A stretch of DNA of 64,000 nucleotides. Source: Amoebophrya sp. A120 (Eukaryota > Protista > Dinoflagellata). A program made the position numbers and the translations under genes. The notes under the pieces are model-generated. The model did not search any database. It saw only the letters and a program-made list of their open reading frames with translations, and was not told the origin of the DNA. Positions 38,320-49,475 of the stretch are shown piece by piece (the first letter of the stretch is position 1; each line of letters starts with the position of its first letter). The stretch lies in contig CAJINV010000013.1 of NCBI GenBank assembly GCA_905178155.1, positions 2,600,158-2,664,157 on the forward strand, written 5' to 3'.

Positions 38320-41300
38320 TCATGTCCACACGCCAGCAACACACGATGAGAAGCAGAAGTCCGCGAGTGGCTCTTTAGTACATCGGCTTCCGACTGCGGG
38401 TGGAGAAAACCGTGCTGTTGGTCTTCGCCGGGGAGCCGAGCTGCGTGGCGACTTGGCTCAGATGATCGACCGCCATGCCGTAATACGCGTTGTTTTCCTT
38501 GTCTTTGCGCGATTTCATGCCCGGTGGCACGATCAGCTGCGACTTGAAGCCAACCTGATAAGAAGTATTTCCAATTCCATTCTTTTAGCATGATACGATA
38601 GATAATGCGTATTTTCTGTGCCGCTTTACATATTAGCGATAGCACCCCCATGCTTAGCATTAACTGCTTGATGTGCACCGTCGAATGACAAGGATCATGA
38701 ACACATTCCTATCGTAAGAAAAAACTGTTTCACTGTAAGGATTTTGCAAGATTTGCATCACAAGTTTGTTCTACATGACAGAGAAAATTTGCCATGCAAG
38801 CTTCCTAAGGGGAAACACAGCTAAAAATCTATTTTCTTGCATGTGTAGCAAGACAAATGCTTCTGCGTTCCATTTTATGCATCACAAGTTCGCAGTGAAA
38901 CAGTTTTTTCTTGCGATAATTCCTACCTGTGCATCCACCCACTCCTTCATGGTCTCCTTGTCCCCGAAGTCCTTACTTGTCATCCCGTGCGTCTTCAACA
39001 GAGCGTCGAGCAACCCCTTGATTTCGAACTCCGCGCACGAAAGCTTCTGTTCCACGGTGGTGGGTTTCGCCTGCGCTTCCTGCCGTACTTTCGTCTCTAG
39101 TGCCGTGAAGGTGTCTCGCCACTTCGCCAGCGAATTTCTCCAGGATTCCTTGACGCACGCGTCTTTCCACGCGGTGAAGTAGGACTTGGCGATGTAGTTA
39201 TTCTCCCAGAACACGGTGACCTGAAGATGGGGCAGAGCGATTTATTCAAATTAGTGAATGCTCTGGCTCTCCTCACCGTTGCTGCTAACGTAAATCCAAA
39301 TGGAGAGAAAGCTTTTGGATGACAGCTCAAAGTTTAGTTCCGTGCAGCTTTTGAATCACAAAGAACTCGAAACCAGAATGGTTCTCCTGTATAATTTTGT
39401 TCTGTTGTACCTCACACGCCCGGCAACCGTTCAGCACCGCTTTTTCCTTGATATCATCGTAGGCCGAGCGTATTTTGTCGATTTTTGACAACTGCCGTGA
39501 TACCCATCGGTCTTTCCAAGCGGAGAAAACGGTTTGCTGCAAGACGTGCTCGCTGGACTTCAAAAAGTTCATCATGGTCGCCTTCAACCGTTCCGAGGCT
39601 TGTATTCTCAGCTTCTGCTTCGACTCCTCCTGTTTCTTCTTGTTCCGGTATTCCACTGCGCATTCTTGCCAGGAGCTGAATACCTGCCGGACTAGGAGCT
39701 CCAGCTTGCCGTCAAACATCATCAGCATGGACTTCTTTATCTGGAAAATTGTGTGGTGTACAGTAGTGGTTCTTTTGCTGCATGAGAGATTTTGTTCGTG
39801 CGCACATGAGCATGACAACTACATCAACATCACAAGATCAAGAATGCGAGAACTGCATGACAGGGATACCCGTTGCTGGACAATCAGAATCACAATACTA
39901 GCAGCATGGCAATAAAATACCGCTGTCAGGCTTTTCTGCTTGAGCCTACTGGTGTCTTCGTGGTATTTTCTCTGCCACTATCAAATGTAAAAGTGTCTGG
40001 GTCTGAAAACTTGTGATGCTGGGTGGCGTCTCATGATGAAGCCACAAGTGCTGGCTCAGCATGGCAAGTTTCTGAGCTTCTAGGTGTTGCCTATTCTGCA
40101 TGACAAACTGCGTTTCTGCATCACAGAAAAACGGGGCTCTTGGGTAACGTGCATGACAGATTTAAGAGTCATGCCAGACAAGCATGACAAACATGCATTC
40201 TTCCAGACCCAGACACTTTTACATCTGATAGCCACTTCGTTGCTTGCTGAGTCAAGGCGTACCGGTTCCAATTTTTGAAGACATGCTGTATCATCAGGCC
40301 CGTCCTGTCGCCGATCATGCGCGAGACGACCTGTGTATTTTTCACTAACCGGCTTCATTTCTAGTGCCGGTTGTTCATCACACGATCCGAAAACACAAGG
40401 CAGAGAAGATAACGACACATGAATCATGACACGGCCTCAGTACCAACATCAACATCAACATGATAAATAAACAGTAACAAAACCGATTTTCATTTTTAGC
40501 ATATTTCTAGTACCTCGTTCATCCGATCCATGTTGGCCATTTTGTATTCCCGTTTTGACTGCTCGTAGACTGCTTGTTCCTTTTTTCGCATCATCCGGTC
40601 CATACCGAGTTCCTTCCAGTTCGCGAAGATTTGCTGGAAGTACAGGTGCTGTTGCGAGTCAAACATCGAGATTAGTGCGTGCTGGAACCGCTTTGACTCC
40701 TTCATCTTCTGCTCCAGCATCCGCTCCCGCATGCGAATGCAGTGGTTCTCGTTGGTCATCCTCCTCCAGGTCTCGAAGATGTGCTTCCCGATCAGGCTGT
40801 CGTGGTTTTTCAACAGCCCGTATCAAATGTAAAAGTGTCTGGGTCTGGAAGAGTGCGCGATTTGTCATGCTGCTTTTCCATGACCCATGAGGTCTGGAAT
40901 GCAGGACCTAGCATGACAGATTCTGCGAGACCTTTCTAATGCCTATCCTGCATGAGAAACTCCCTCCCAACTTGGTCAAAACTGGGCGACTTTTGGTAAT
41001 CATGCAACACAGATTTTTGCATGCTGCAGATTTAGCACGACAAGTTGCAATCTTCCAGACCCAGACATTTTTACTACATTTGATAAACCGGACATGGACT
41101 GCTTCCACTTCTTTTCCGAGTCCTGGAACTTTTTCGCTAGATCGGCTTGCTTCTGGTATGCAATGTAAATTTCCCGTACATGTACAAAATGCATGACAAA
41201 TTTCGCTAACTTGCAGTGTCCAACTTGTCATGCTAGACTAGGACTCAAGGCAAGTTTTGTCATGCAGAGACTGCATTTGTACGTGTACGGGACATTTACT

Positions 41301-43226
41301 GTGGATATCTGGAACTTCTGGTCCACGTAAACTTTCTGCCACCCGTTGAAGGACGACTGTCTTATCAGTTCCGTCTGCGACCCCAGCATCGCCACCAAAG
41401 ATTTTTTCACTGCGGAATTCGCTTTCAATTTCTGCTCGGCGAGTCTGGGTTGTAGTTTTGTTTCAAATTGAATTTGAATCTGTAAATTTGAAATGATGCA
41501 TGAACAAGAATGCGGCGCACAGACGACGCAAGTTTCTCATGTCGGTCCGGTATTACCAGTACGCCGCAAGAAAAGGACCAAAGCGGCTACACCAAATTGT
41601 AAAATGTAAGTACTTGGTCCCGAGGTCGTCCGTATCGAATCTTGCGGTTTTTAAAGCCTCTTCCATCCGGTGTATTCTTGTTCGCAGGGCGTAGTCCTTC
41701 CAGAGGGTATACACGTGCTTCATCAGCAGACTGTGTTGCGTGTAGCACTGCATGTAGATCCTCTGTTTTATCTGGTCGCGGAAGCGTTCCTTCAGCTCCG
41801 AGTTGTTCTGGAGCCAGGTGGTTTTGTGCTTTGTCAACTTCTCCTCTACGTAGTGATCTTTCCAGGCCTGGAAGTAGCCCCGCTGGAGCGAGTCGTCCTG
41901 CAGTTCAAACATGGCGATGGTGCGCTGGAGCAGGGCGTGTCGCGAATGCTGCTTCATTTCGTTCACGGCAGACCTAGAGAATGTTGTGATGGAAAAATGT
42001 GTATTTGTCATGTGCTTCTGGAGTGAATGTGTGCACTACCAGTGGACGAAGTCATGCAACACAATAAACAAAGTAAGCGGTGCTACTATGTGTAGTAAGT
42101 ACCTCCAGCTGTTTTCTCTCCTTTTTGTCAGCTGCTCCTGCACAAATTCTTTCCAGCCGATAAAGATCGTCCGGGCAAAAACTAGATCGTTGTTTCCGCA
42201 CATGTGCGTCAGTATCCTTTTCATTTGCGCGGCGCCCTGGTAAAAACGTTGAATGCATTTGCGTTGTTTCATGTCCATGTGTACACGAAAAATCACATAC
42301 TGCAACTGCATATTGATAAATATTGGGAAAACACATGACAAACACAAACAACAGCCGATGAAAAACAAGAATTTCTCCTACCTTATGCTTCACTTCGTAG
42401 AGCAGCATGCGGTATCTCTCCTGAAAAGATTTTGCCCTTTCCTCTTTCCAAGCTTCAAACTATCCTGAGTAAAAACGTACCCACCCCAGAGTTGTCATGC
42501 AGATTTGCCATGACAGGAACATTTGTGATGCGCAACCCCATGACAGGCATTTTCAATCGTTTTTGGGAACTTGTAATGCTGTAAACAGGATCAGAAGGTC
42601 GATTTGTGATGCGGCTTTCCTTGCTAACTTGCACTACCTTACGGACTGAAACTTGTCATGCGTGACTCACAAAACTCCTAGGTTTGTGTTGCAAAATCCC
42701 CATCCTGACTCTGGTGTGGGTACGTTTTTACTCAGGATACAAACGCAAACTTCAACACCGCACTACTTGTCTTGTCTGATATTGCACCCAGAGCTCGCTG
42801 GAGCCCGAGACTTGTCTTCGTTTTGAGGCTGGCGACCTGGAATTTGTTGCATTGTTCGGTAGATTTGTCCTGCCTGTATGTACAACATGAAAGAGATTTA
42901 TTTCTGTCATGCTGCACCTACAACAGATTATTTTCGCATCTTAGCCGCAAAATAAGTAATTCCATCTTTACCTGCAGTTTCCAGTAGTGATCCCTTTCCG
43001 ACAACTTTCCCCTCATGCACTGGCGGTACCACCCGGAAAATATCCCGTGCAGCTTCGCGGACTTCTGGGCCCGCATGGTGATGGCCATCGCCTTTTGCGC
43101 GGACTCCTCCGTGTTTTCGTACGCTTCCCGCTTGTTCGCGCGGAGCACTTGCATCAGGGTGGTTTCCGTCTGCCGGATGAGGAAGTCGAAGTCCTCCAGC
43201 GAGGAGCTGTTGCGACCCGCCAACAT
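38320..43226 (-). CDS. Sfi1-like repeat (putative centrin-binding) coiled-coil protein, many exons; ends approximate
   Basis: At least 11 repeats of an F..W motif across exons: GIFSGWY, FAFEAWK, TIFIGWK, GYFQAWK, SSFNGWQ, HIFETWR, QIFANWK, HVFKNWN, QVFSSWQ, TVFSAWK, SYFTAWK. Confidence 0.7.
38710..38918. mobile_element. Introner, family D (209 bp), located inside a GT-AG intron
   Basis: 26-bp near-perfect TIR tatcg(t/c)aagaaaaaactgtttcactg. DR attcc. Confidence 0.92.
39979..40230. mobile_element. Introner, family A1 (252 bp)
   Basis: Family-A TIRs. DR gccac. Excision restores ATKW|QRKYH. Confidence 0.95.
40821..41085. mobile_element. Introner, family A2 (265 bp)
   Basis: Family-A TIRs. Imperfect DR gcccg/aaccg. 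Excision restores SMSG|LLKNHD. Confidence 0.92.
41157..41307. mobile_element. Introner, family-C-like (151 bp)
   Basis: TIR gtaaat.tcccgtaca.gtacaaa. TA termini. DR tctgg. Excision restores QKFQ|KQADL. Confidence 0.9.
42461..42739. mobile_element. Introner, family B (279 bp)
   Basis: Near-perfect TIR tatcctgagtaaaaacgtacccac.ccagagt. DR caaac. Excision restores FAF|EAWKEE. Confidence 0.95.
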
Positions 43227-45938
43227 CTTTGCGTTTGGTGGCTGTTTGTGCCGTGAGAGAAATGAGCTGTTCTTACCGCAGACTTCGGATGGTAGTTGTA
43301 AACTGGTTTTACGAGGACTCGCCGAAGTTCTTGTGCGCGCACGCAGGAACTACGCGTGTTTTTCGACTCAGTCGATCTACAGCCCTGGGGAAGTAGTCGT
43401 CGTTGTCTACGCCAACAGGGAAGTGCTTTTATCTAATTCCGACTTTTGGCGTCCTTTGTGGAAGTGGACGAAAGCGACTTGCTTTTTGTTTCGGTGAAGG
43501 TCGAGCTAGCTTCGTGCAGCCTCTTTCTCTTCTTCTTGCAGAATCAGCAGGGGCGCCCTGCAGGTGGGAAAGAGCCAGTAGCTGTCGCCCGGCGGGTAGC
43601 TAGCCGCAGAAGGAGTTTGCTGCTAGCGCACGAACTGGTGACGCCAGCAGTTGCTCTCCGATTGTCGTGATACCGGTAGTTCCGCACTAGGCGCTACTTT
43701 GCCGCCACTGCAAGCTCGTGTCCAAATTATCTACCGCTTCAGAGCGTTGCTGCCCCACTGCAGTGAAACTCTAGAGGGACGCACTGTGACTGTGAACGGA
43801 TCCCCAGACTGGAAGGACGTCGGAAGATTGCACTGGCGCGTGCTTGCGGCAGCAGTACAGCTTTCTGCAAACTCTCGCGCTGCGCAGGAAGCCCGCAAGG
43901 GCGTGCTTGACGCAACACGCCGCGCAGGGAGAGATAGGTGGTGACTCTGCTGCTGTGGGTCCTTCCTTCCACAAGTCGAAAGCCGTCTCCGACTTCGGGT
44001 AAGTCCGGTGATGATTCCTCGCCTCAAGGAGCTGGCACTTGTAGTGGATTCGCAACTTGAAAAAGGCGGAACCGATTTTCAACACATACGAAACGGACGC
44101 TGATTCAAAGCTAACCTATGTTCTTATGGTCTAGAGTAGAAGCTGAAATTGTATCCACGAAAGTTCTTCTCGTGGAGTCAGATCAAAAATATGCATCGCT
44201 TCGAGCGGAGGTTGGTTCCCTCGGTAGAAACGGCGCCGAACAAATTTGTCTCTCCTCATAGCTCTAACCACGGCGGAAGAAGAATCCCTGACTGTGCCTG
44301 GAACTGGATGCTGTTGCTGCCAAGAATTGCATATTAATTTCGTAGGCTGCGGTCCCGCCTAGGGCGTTTCCACGCAATCTTGTCATTGAAAATGCGAGAT
44401 ACAGCCTCGGTTTGGTTTTCTCTCATTCACGTGACGAGCGAAGATGCGAGTGGGTGGACCACCAAAGAAATCCTCCTGCTAAAACTAGGCACTGTAGTAA
44501 CAACAACACAACAAGGAACAACACAACGCGCACCATGTCAACCCGAAAGCAGAGCTATGGGTGAGTCGAGTCGTTAACACCTAGTACCAACGGAGGCTTA
44601 CTAGTCCGCCACAAGCCGAAATCTACGCGCCGGCTGCTGATGGCCCGCGGCGCCCGCCAAAGCAAGGGATGAAGCGGCCGGCCCCAGCCAAGTAGTGGAT
44701 TGCTGGCGCGCGAGCTACCGATCGCGAGACAAACAAAAATTTGCAGCCGCGAAACAACAAAGGGCATATACGATGGCAGGGCTTCACGGGCAGCCAGCCT
44801 TGCGCCGCGCCGGCAGAGTCGAAACAAAACCCCGGAAAGCCGCGGCAGCGTGTCGCCGCGGGCGCCTTTGCGCGCCCCTCGAGGGGCGCCCGCAGATAGT
44901 TAGATCAGAAGCGGCCGGCGGGGGCGGGCGCGCAGTGGCTGGGCCAACACATTATAGCGGCGCGCTCCTTTGTTGCGCGCGCCGATCAAGTAGCCGGCCG
45001 CCTTACGGTATAGCATCTTTTGCCTTTTGATGTAATTGAAATAATTGTGAAGCGACGTAGGCGCCGGGGGGCGCTGCTCATCACCCATCACGGCGCCCCG
45101 ACGCCCGCGGGCGCCTTCGTCTTCCGCCTCTGTTCCTGCATCTCGCACAACGGCCGTAGGAAAACAGGGCGCCCGAGACCATTGCTGCACCAGCTCGCCG
45201 CTCCGGCCGCGCCGCCCCGGCGACGTCTTCGCCGAGAAACATTGTGCCCGATGGCAGTCACTTACAGCGCACACGTGACGCCCCCGCTCTCGCCCGCGTA
45301 GCATCAAGCTCCGTCTCCGCGTCCGTCGCGCGAGCGTCACTGCAGGCACGTACGGCCCCCGGCGTTGGCCACGGGAGCCCCACCATGCAGCAAAGCCACA
45401 ACTGTGCCACATCGCACGCACTGAAGAAACTACCCGAGCACGAAAATTGACAAGCCTACCTCTTCTACCAGCTCTCATCATCCACCTCTCTGAGCGTTGC
45501 TTTCCTCATCCACTTTTTCTCCCGCTCTCAGTCAGTGGTGGACTAGTCACGCTCAAGCTCAACATGCTCGGCTCTATGACATCTACACAAACAAAAGACT
45601 CTTCTCATTCGGTTTCTCAGCTGCTGCAACAAGATCGCTAAACATATTCGCGCGACCGATTCAAAAGAACAACCATAACGAAATAAAGCTAACCAGGTTA
45701 GCTTTTCGTGCATCAGGTTGCCTGCTGCATTATGTACTTTGACAGCAACAGGCGTTGAAGATTTTTTACAGGACCACTGTTTCCCTCCGCATTCACGTGC
45801 AAGCTGTGTATGGCGTGCCAAGAGGCAGTGTGCAGGAGAGGTCAACGTGCGTAAAACAGATCATGGACAATTGCCATCAAGCTGCCAATTAATGTAGAGG
45901 TAGACAGAAATCCTACGCGTACCAAAGGCTTTCTCATT

Positions 45939-48900
45939 TCACCTTGCCTCTTTCATCGCGTTCTTCGCGTCCGCCTTCAAATCCTTCTTTGTCACCTTTT
46001 TCTCAATCACCTTTGGGCAGCAGCTCCTTCCAAAGGCTTTGATCGGCCGGGGGATGTACAAAGCCTCTTTGAACGCGACTTGTATTTTCTCCTTGTCTTC
46101 TTCCGGCGTTATGGCCGTTAACACGAATTTCTGCAGCGGCCCCGGCTTCCCCACGAAGTTCGGAATCACTGGCCAGGGGTTCTCGATGCACTGCAATCGC
46201 GTTTTCTGGTCCAAGTCGATTGCCGCGGGTTTGACCGCCGCCAGTTCCTGATCGGTCATAGTGTAAGACTGCAGCTTCCCGGCGAGGTTCAGATACCGGC
46301 TCCAGGGCCGGCTGTTCCACTCGTCCACCTTCTGCGACAATTCCGGCCCTAACAGTAAACAGGATTTCTGTCGGTAGCAGAAGTCCGCGGACAGTAACGC
46401 CTGCGACAAATCCTGGTCCATGTTGTACTGCAAAATGCAGAAACTCGCGTCCATACCGGTGTGGAAGCCCCGGTTGATCCCTGTTCCCTGGGGCCAGAAG
46501 GGCTCCATCAAGGCGTCGCCAACGGGGAAGATGGGTAAAAGTTTTTTCGGATTTGGCTTTTCCCGTTTCACCATGGCGAGATCAGTGTTGAAACTGTTCA
46601 GTTGCTCTTTCAACTCCATCCTTTCCGCCTCGAATTTCTCGATCGTCGTCGTCTCTCTGGCTTTCTGCGTGTCCGATACAAACCGCAGCCCGTGCCTCCT
46701 TTCGAGGACTGTCCTGTCCAGCCAAGCGATAGTTTTTTCCAAGAAATTCGTCTCCACAAAAGCAAGTCGCGGCTCGGCAGAGTAGTCCATGGATAATATT
46801 TTCCCCGGTGTTGCGGTGGACTCACCAAGGAGTCGAAACGGTAATGGTAAGGAACTTCTAGACCCGAAGTCAAACAACTTCGCCCCGTGGAAATCACAGA
46901 AGGGCACGGTCGTCGGGAGTCCAATCGCTGTGACAATTTCCCTGCCGAGTTTGAACAGGTTCTCCTCGCTGACGTTATTCCTCCCAATGAAATCCTTCCC
47001 GCCAATATCCTCCTTACAGACCTTCTTGCTGAGCAGCGTCTTCTTCATCACACAAATCGCGACGTAGTGCGTTGTCCCCCGTAAGTATTCCATGAACTCA
47101 AAGTCAATCCCCGCCGCTTTCAACGCCGTTGCAGCGGGGCTATTGAACGCACCTTGAACAGTAAAGTCTTGCACCTTATTCTCCGCCTTGTTTTTCGCAT
47201 CCCGCCACAGGTTCAGCACGATCGCTATCGCGCGGGAAAATTTCTGAATCTTCTTCGTGAACCCGAGCTTTTTACTGTTCGCACTGGTTTCGCCCTCGGC
47301 CAGGACGAGCACGTCCGCACCGATGGTCAAGTCAGGGTTGGAAGCAGCAAGCTTTCCGTTTGACACGGCAAACGTAGGGTCGAACGTGTTTACTTCAATC
47401 ATTCCACACGCTCCGTCCGCCGCCCGCGCCTTCGCATCCTCGAATTTCCCGGCTTTCAAATCCAACACCCCAGTTGGCTCTACCCTGCCTTGGGGCTTCT
47501 TCAAGCCGACAGTCCACGTTCCTCCGTTTGTGGTCCCAGAAACCGGCGGCGCTTCCAGCCCGATCGTCTCCCAATTGTACAGGTATTTCACGCCCACGAG
47601 CAAACCACACTTCAATAATGTCAATTGCAGTTCCCTCGTCCCCAAATGCGGCAGTTTGTCTCTATGCGAGAACAACGGGAAGAATTCCCGGCAGTTATAC
47701 ACCACCTGCACATGCTCCGCAGTGCACGGCCACATAGTCAAGATGTTGTGCCTGGAAAAGCTGTTCCTCTTCTCCACCACCGTGACGTTCGCAAACCCGA
47801 GCATGTAGATGTCCAAAGCCGTGTGCAGCCCCACGGGCCCAGCACCGGAAACCACGATCTTCATATTTGGGTCCTTCAGCCCCTTCGACGCTTTGCGCTT
47901 CTTCATTACCGGCACCAGGTCGTTAATCACCTTCTTCATGCGGAACGAGAGCCCGGACAAGTCCGCTGCGGCGGCTAGCATGGCGACAGACGTGTCAAAA
48001 GACCTAGGGTCGACGTTTTTTTGCTTCAACCTCTGCTCACAGTGGTACTTGAAATTCGCAAACGATTCCAACACCTTCATTACCTCGTCGGATTCGAAAA
48101 AAGCCATGAAATGGTCCCGTAGAGGATCACCAGTTCCTCCACCGTCGACAACTGCGGCTGCTGTAGTAATAGGAGCAGGTGGCTGTGATGCAGCAGCTGC
48201 AGCAGCAGGTGGCGCCGTCGTGTTCGGTGGCGGTGCGGTCGGGGGTGCAGTTCTTGGAGCAGGAGTTGCGTAATTATTCAATCCCATCTGCGTCTGTTCC
48301 GCCGGTGGCCTCGTATTGATGTTCGGCGAGTGCGGTCGTTGCTGAGCTCCCGTGGTCGTTATTGGCGTCGCGGCAGCAGGAGGTCGTGGAGGAACCGCTG
48401 GGGACGGCGCCAGTAGTGGGGACTTGTTAAAACAGTTTTCTCCCTCGAAGGATAGCGTTTTCCGGAACAACTTGTTTGTTGCAACCTGGGTCTGGATCTC
48501 CGCCGGCGGCGGGGCCGGGTGCAAAACCTTGCTTGCTGTTGCCCTCGGAAAAGCTGTTTCACGCTCGGAAAAAACCAGAGCCTTTCTGGACGTACTACTG
48601 CTGCCATCTTCTGCCAATGCAAGGTCAATGAAGTTGTCATTTGCGCTGTTGCTACTGTTCAGCATCTTCTCAACAGCCGGGTGCTGTGTAAGTGTATCTG
48701 CAAGTGCTGCAGCAGAAACTTTATGATCCGCACCCACCAGCGCCGCAGCAGGAACACTCGATCGAAAATCACCAACGTTTGTCTTCGTTGGCCTTGCTGC
48801 TTGCTCCTGTTCGGTGGGCAACGTTTTTGTCGTTCTCGTTTCCCGTCTAGTACTCTGTCTTTTTCCAAACTCCGGGTCGTAGTTGTAGGTCCGCGACACT

Positions 48901-49475
48901 GTATACACGAAAAAAACTGCGTTCTTCGTGTAACTTTCTTTGGCTGGCAGCATCACAAATTTGCTCTACATGACAGAGAAAACCTGTCATGCGTGGTTTG
49001 TAAGCCAGGGAAAACACACTCACATGAAAAGAGGACGGCATGGCTGTCTGGCATGACAGGTGTAACTCTGTTGCATGTTCTGCATCACAGATTTACACTG
49101 ACACAGTTTTTCTCTTGCATACACTGCGGTTTTCCTTCTCAGGGATTCCTTCCTTACGTGCTCGTAGAACCCGTCTTCGTACAGCTGATCGTGGTCTATT
49201 TCTTTCTCCTGCGACCCCGGCATCTCGTAGCCGTCCAGCATCCGCAGCTCGTTATCCAGAGCCCGAATGTGATTCACCAGCTCCCGGGTGTTCACCGTAT
49301 CGGTGATGCGACTCGTCTGCGCCGGGCGCAGCTTCGCGGACCAGTCCTCCGGGCCCTCCTGCACCATCCACGGGTTACGCATCCGGACGTTGTACTGGAG
49401 ACCGGCACGCACCCCCTCGAGGTCCACCCGGTGAGGGTTCTTTTTTGTCACCCCTTTTGAGGATTTTAGGAACAT
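45939..49475 (-). CDS. MICAL-like FAD-dependent monooxygenase, paralog 1 (one introner)
   Basis: VSGAGPVGLHTAL (GxGxxG), VEKRNSFSRHNILTMWP, RELQLTLLKCGLLVGV and VGDALMEPFWPQGTGINRGF resemble MICAL monooxygenase motifs. The 5' exon joins via RKTAV|SRTYN. Confidence 0.85.
48902..49121. mobile_element. Introner, family D (220 bp)
   Basis: Ends tatacacgaaaaaaactgcgt and acacagtttttctcttgcata. DR cactg. Confidence 0.88.

Noticed and set aside
43227-44027. Stop-codon reassignment (about six TAG and one TGA in frame upstream of the Sfi1-like gene; coding-like codons after TAA at 19232)
   Set aside because: Stop density is near random expectation. ORFs over 1000 codons have no internal stops, and conserved genes end at standard stops.
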